In this document: piece after piece, positions 60,707 to 64,000 of the stretch | Numbering within the stretch: the stretch's first letter is position 1 | Layout: each line of letters begins with the position of its first letter | From: Felis catus | Taxonomy: Eukaryota | Length of the DNA: 64,000 nucleotides | Direction of reading: 5' to 3' | NCBI RefSeq assembly: GCF_018350175.1 | Contig: NC_058368.1 | Location: forward strand, 70,434,001 to 70,498,000 | Made by a program: the position numbers and the translations under genes | The notes under the pieces: generated by a model | What the model saw: only the letters and a program-made list of their open reading frames with translations | Databases searched by the model: none | Told to the model about the DNA's origin: nothing

Positions 60707-61002
60707 GTTGCAAGGGAACGGAAGGGCCCTTTGGCCCTCAGTTGGTACCTTTCTGATTTGCGGGATTGATTTGGCTTATCTGGCCAAGTAGGCAAAAGTC
60801 CCCTTCTAATGCTCCACTTTATGGGCTTCTGTGCTCTAAAGGTGACGACCGCCTACATGGAGGAGTTTTCCATTTGTGTGTATGTCATTATTTTCATTAA
60901 ATTAGAGCATTGAAAATAAGCAGTATGAAGTAAATAATAAATTTGGTAAGGCAGAGATCTAAACAAATCTTAACTCTTACTCTGTTTTAAATCCCCATTT
61001 AG

Positions 61003-61122
61003 ATTTGGAGGTTGATATGTGGAAGAATAATTTGCCTTGATTTGAAAGATACTTTCTGCAGTAGTCTGCTTATTTATAATTTTAGGATATTTGAAAGAAG
61101 ATATGGAAGCAGAAAATTTGCA
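61003..61122 (+). CDS. UBAC2: UBAC2 coding exon 3 (120 nt)
   Basis: Acceptor ccccatttag|ATT, donor GCA|gtaagt. Translates IWRLICGRIICLDLKDTFCSSLLIYNFRIFERRYGSRKFA, with the WR and R-x-x-E-R motifs of rhomboid-like pseudoproteases. Visible in ORF 61012..61197. Confidence 0.98.
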
Positions 61123-61841
61123 GTAAGTTTTTATGTATTTTTCCTTTGCTACTTAGGTACTGGAAAAAAATGTTTTTGTTTTCTTACTTTTAAATAGTTT
61201 TATTTTGTTTAGCTTGGTGTTATTATTAACAGTTATCTTTTAATTATATGATCTTCTATCTGATTTGGAGCATGATTATTAACCAAGGAATTTTAAATTT
61301 AAGCCACTAACATAATAAAATGATAATGATAATAGATAATATCAGATGTGTGTGGGCAATAAAAATTTTTATTAGGATTCTGACTTTAATAACATTTTAA
61401 TCACTTATTTTGCTTAATGGTTTGTATGTTACTTGTTAAAAATAAATCATTCTATAAATATCTATTTTTTTTACCATATTGGAAATTATGGAAGTGTTAA
61501 TGCATTTGACCAATATGGCTTTACTCCCCCGTTCTGAAAACTCTGTTCTAATAAAAACAAATATTAAAAAGTAATATAGAGCTGGTTCTAATTAAATAAA
61601 TGTTAGTTTATTTTTCAAAGACTCCTTTCAACACCACTTAAAAATTTTTTTTAATTTACTTTTAATTTATTTTTTTAAAGTAGGCTTCACGCTCAGAGTG
61701 GAGCCCAGTGTGGGGCTTGAACTCATGACCCTGAGTTCAAGACCTGAGCGGAGATCAAGAGTCAAACGCTTAACTGACTGAGCCACATTGGCACCCCCGA
61801 AAAGACTCCCTTCAATAATGTTCTTCCTGTTTTATTTTTAG

Positions 61842-61951
61842 TCCTTTTTGCTGGGTTCCTGGGTTTTGTCGGCCTTGGTTGACTTCATCCTCGTTGAGGC
61901 TGTGTGGTATTCCTTTGGTATTGCTGCAGCTGGGAATTTGCCTTCTGGATT
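61842..61951 (+). CDS. UBAC2: UBAC2 coding exon 4 (110 nt)
   Basis: Acceptor ttttatttttag|TCC, donor TT|gtaagt. Translates SFLLGSWVLSALVDFILVEAVWYSFGIAAAGNLPSG + 2 nt, in frame with exon 3. Confidence 0.97.
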
Positions 61952-64000
61952 GTAAGTAGCTCTCAAAGATTAGCTTAATAATTACTTAAATCTGATTTAA
62001 GTTAAGTGACTGTAAATCAGTAAAAGAATATTTTAAACTCATAGATGTAGTAAAATTGATTTTATGGGTAAAAAAAATCCAATGTATACTTAGTCACATT
62101 TTCATTATGTTCTTGAAACAGAATCTGTTTTATAGTCTGCTTTTAGAGAATTTTAAATGAATTTCCTGTCCTGGTCCAGAAGAGAGAATTAATTTTGTAT
62201 TTTTATCGTGAAATTTTGTCTGTAGTTTTGTGAAGTAATTAAATACAAAATTACAGAATTTAATTAGATTAGGAAATAATTTGTCTGAAGTTAAGCTTCT
62301 GAAGAATGATGTTTTTAAAAATTTATATTATTTAGATACTTATGCCAAAGAGAAAGCAAAGTTTACAACTTTGTAGCCAGACTGCAATGTCTAACCTAAC
62401 TCAGAGTTTGTATGTGTGTATGTATATATGTATGTATGTGTGTGTGTGTATATATATATGTATATATGCTTTCATATTGTATTGATCTTCTTTAAAAACA
62501 AAACAAAAAAATCGCTTATGAAGTAACTAGTATCTAAAAGTAGAGTTAGCACATATAGATAACCTTAGACTGTTGTGGAATTAAGTATCTGAGAGATGAG
62601 ATACTGTGAAATAAAGATCAGATATTTAAAATTCTGTGGGTATTCTGCCTTATTTTATTTAGATGCATGTTTTTGAGGACTGTTTGGATATTGTATATAT
62701 CTTAATTCAGATTTGCTTTGCTTGTTTACATTAAAAATACAGCTAGTGATCTAAATGGCCTTCATGCATATGTTGTTACTATTTACAGAGTAGCCTTTAC
62801 GGGATTTACTTAATTATAGTCATAGTCATTAAATGAGCTCATTAAATTAGCTATTTTAATAATGTGTGATTCTGAATGATATCTGAATGGAGACAGGTAA
62901 AGTTCTGTGTCAGAGTCAGATTGTTACACAGTTTTGTTGAGTTCCAGGGGTTGTAATTATGATCAGTGAGAGGTTTGAAGTGATTCTTCTGCTTTTGCAG
63001 ACAATAGTGTAGTCATCAGGGATGATTCCATGTTGATTCAGAAAAGCAGCAGTGTTACTAAATCATTAGTTTTCCCCAAACATTTCTTATCTAGGCCAGT
63101 CCTTTTTGGTTCTTTATACAGCCTCCTGAGTTACGGAAATATATTGGAAGACAGCATGAATGTTAATTTTGCCATCACCTGAATGAGAACATATTTCTCT
63201 TTTCAAATCAGGAGACATTACAGTATGGCTTTTTAGAGTCTTGAAAGCTTTCTCAAACAGACTTCTTGGAACGTAAATCTTTATTTCAACAAACTCTGTA
63301 TTTTGTAAATACATCTTTCATTTGATGGTAGTGAAGCATCAAAAGCTCAGGAGAGGAAACTTCTCTTTTTGTTGTCAGCCTGCTTTATAATTTGCAGTAT
63401 TTTTCACATAACATCTCGTCACCCTTTTCCTTTTCCACCAATGCCAAATTTATCTGCACTCTCTACAGTTCTTCATTTCTATTTAATTCTCTCTTTTTTA
63501 ACCTCACTATTATTAAAACTTCTCCTATAAATGTCACCAGTAACTCATTTTTTTTTATTTTTTAATTTTACGTATGTATGTTTTTTTTTTTTTTTTTTAA
63601 TTTATATCCAAGTTAGCATACAGTGCAATAATGATTTCGGGAATAGATTGCAGTGATTTATCCCCTGTGTAACTGACTAATTTTTAAAGCCAGTGGCTTA
63701 TTTTCAGTTGTTTTATTTGACCTTTCAGTAGCTCATACATGGTTTTGACCTCCCATTATTTCATGAACTAACCTGCTCCCTCGAGCCCCAGCACACTGTT
63801 CTCTCCTGGTCCTTTTTGACTTTCTCTACTGCTTGTGGCTCACTCCGGGCTTTCTTGCCCATTTCCATGACTTCCTTCACAGTTAACATCTGTTGTTTGT
63901 GTCCCAGCTCTCTATTTCCAGTCCATGTTCCTCTCCTGATCTTGCTAGAGTTATATTTCCTGGTGCCTTCTACGACTCAGAGAAAATTTGTCCTGTTCTG

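Larger units (their letters stand above)
30634..61798. mobile_element. Dispersed intronic Can-SINEs within UBAC2 (~22 copies; coordinates span the set)
   Basis: Approximate copies. Plus: 34229-34445, 36047-36151, 37340-37580, 38799-39028, 39981-40183, 43835-44030, 47205-47370. Minus: 30634-30848, 34495-34694, 37645-37758, 37926-38142, 40350-40545, 40612-40775, 40776-40869, 42428-42638, 45922-46141, 46306-46498, 46575-46831, 53048-53215, 55640-55849, 61644-61798. Confidence 0.9.

Noticed and set aside
925..61798. tRNA-like A/B boxes and dispersed repeats suggesting tRNA genes or a CRISPR-like array
   Set aside because: These are tRNA-derived SINE heads followed by CT-rich bodies, polyA tails and TSDs. 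There is no regular repeat-spacer periodicity, and the DNA is mammalian.
63093..63115. ag|gccagtcctttttgg resembling the start of exon 4 (possible duplicated exon)
   Set aside because: The similarity is only ~11 bp, with no continuing homology or UBAC2-like reading frame.
61952..64000. Nested GPR18/GPR183 genes known from the human UBAC2 intron
   Set aside because: No long single-exon GPCR ORF on the minus strand in this window; they would lie further downstream.

Overview
Mammalian genomic DNA from a cat-family (Felidae) carnivore, judged from about 45 tRNA-derived Can-SINEs (including young SINEC_Fc-type copies) and carnivore/feline L1 3' ends. The only protein-coding gene supported is the 5' half of UBAC2 (+ strand). 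It has a CpG-island promoter at ~28.8-30.0 kb and four coding exons (29535-29565, 58650-58777, 61003-61122, 61842-61951). These splice in frame through GT-AG introns to give MFTSTGSSGLYKAPLSKGLLLVPSALSLLLALLLPHCQRFFAYDLQAIKDDFQIWRLICGRIICLDLKDTFCSSLLIYNFRIFERRYGSRKFASFLLGSWVLSALVDFILVEAVWYSFGIAAAGNLPSG; the gene continues past the window. The upstream 28 kb is intergenic and repeat-rich. It holds a near-complete but dead hAT/Buster (Charlie-type) transposase on the minus strand (~21.5-23.9 kb), a full-length 7SK retrocopy inserted into it, and a Charlie1-type element carrying SINEs and an intact solo LTR ~1.8 kb upstream of the UBAC2 start codon. It also has a strong CTCF-like motif at 7439. 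Almost all ORFs in the supplied track are chance or repeat-derived. I found no convincing evidence of a wholly novel biological system; the best leads are regulatory and evolutionary. Gene and repeat-family names come from my recall of consensus sequences, not from database searches, and repeat boundaries are approximate.
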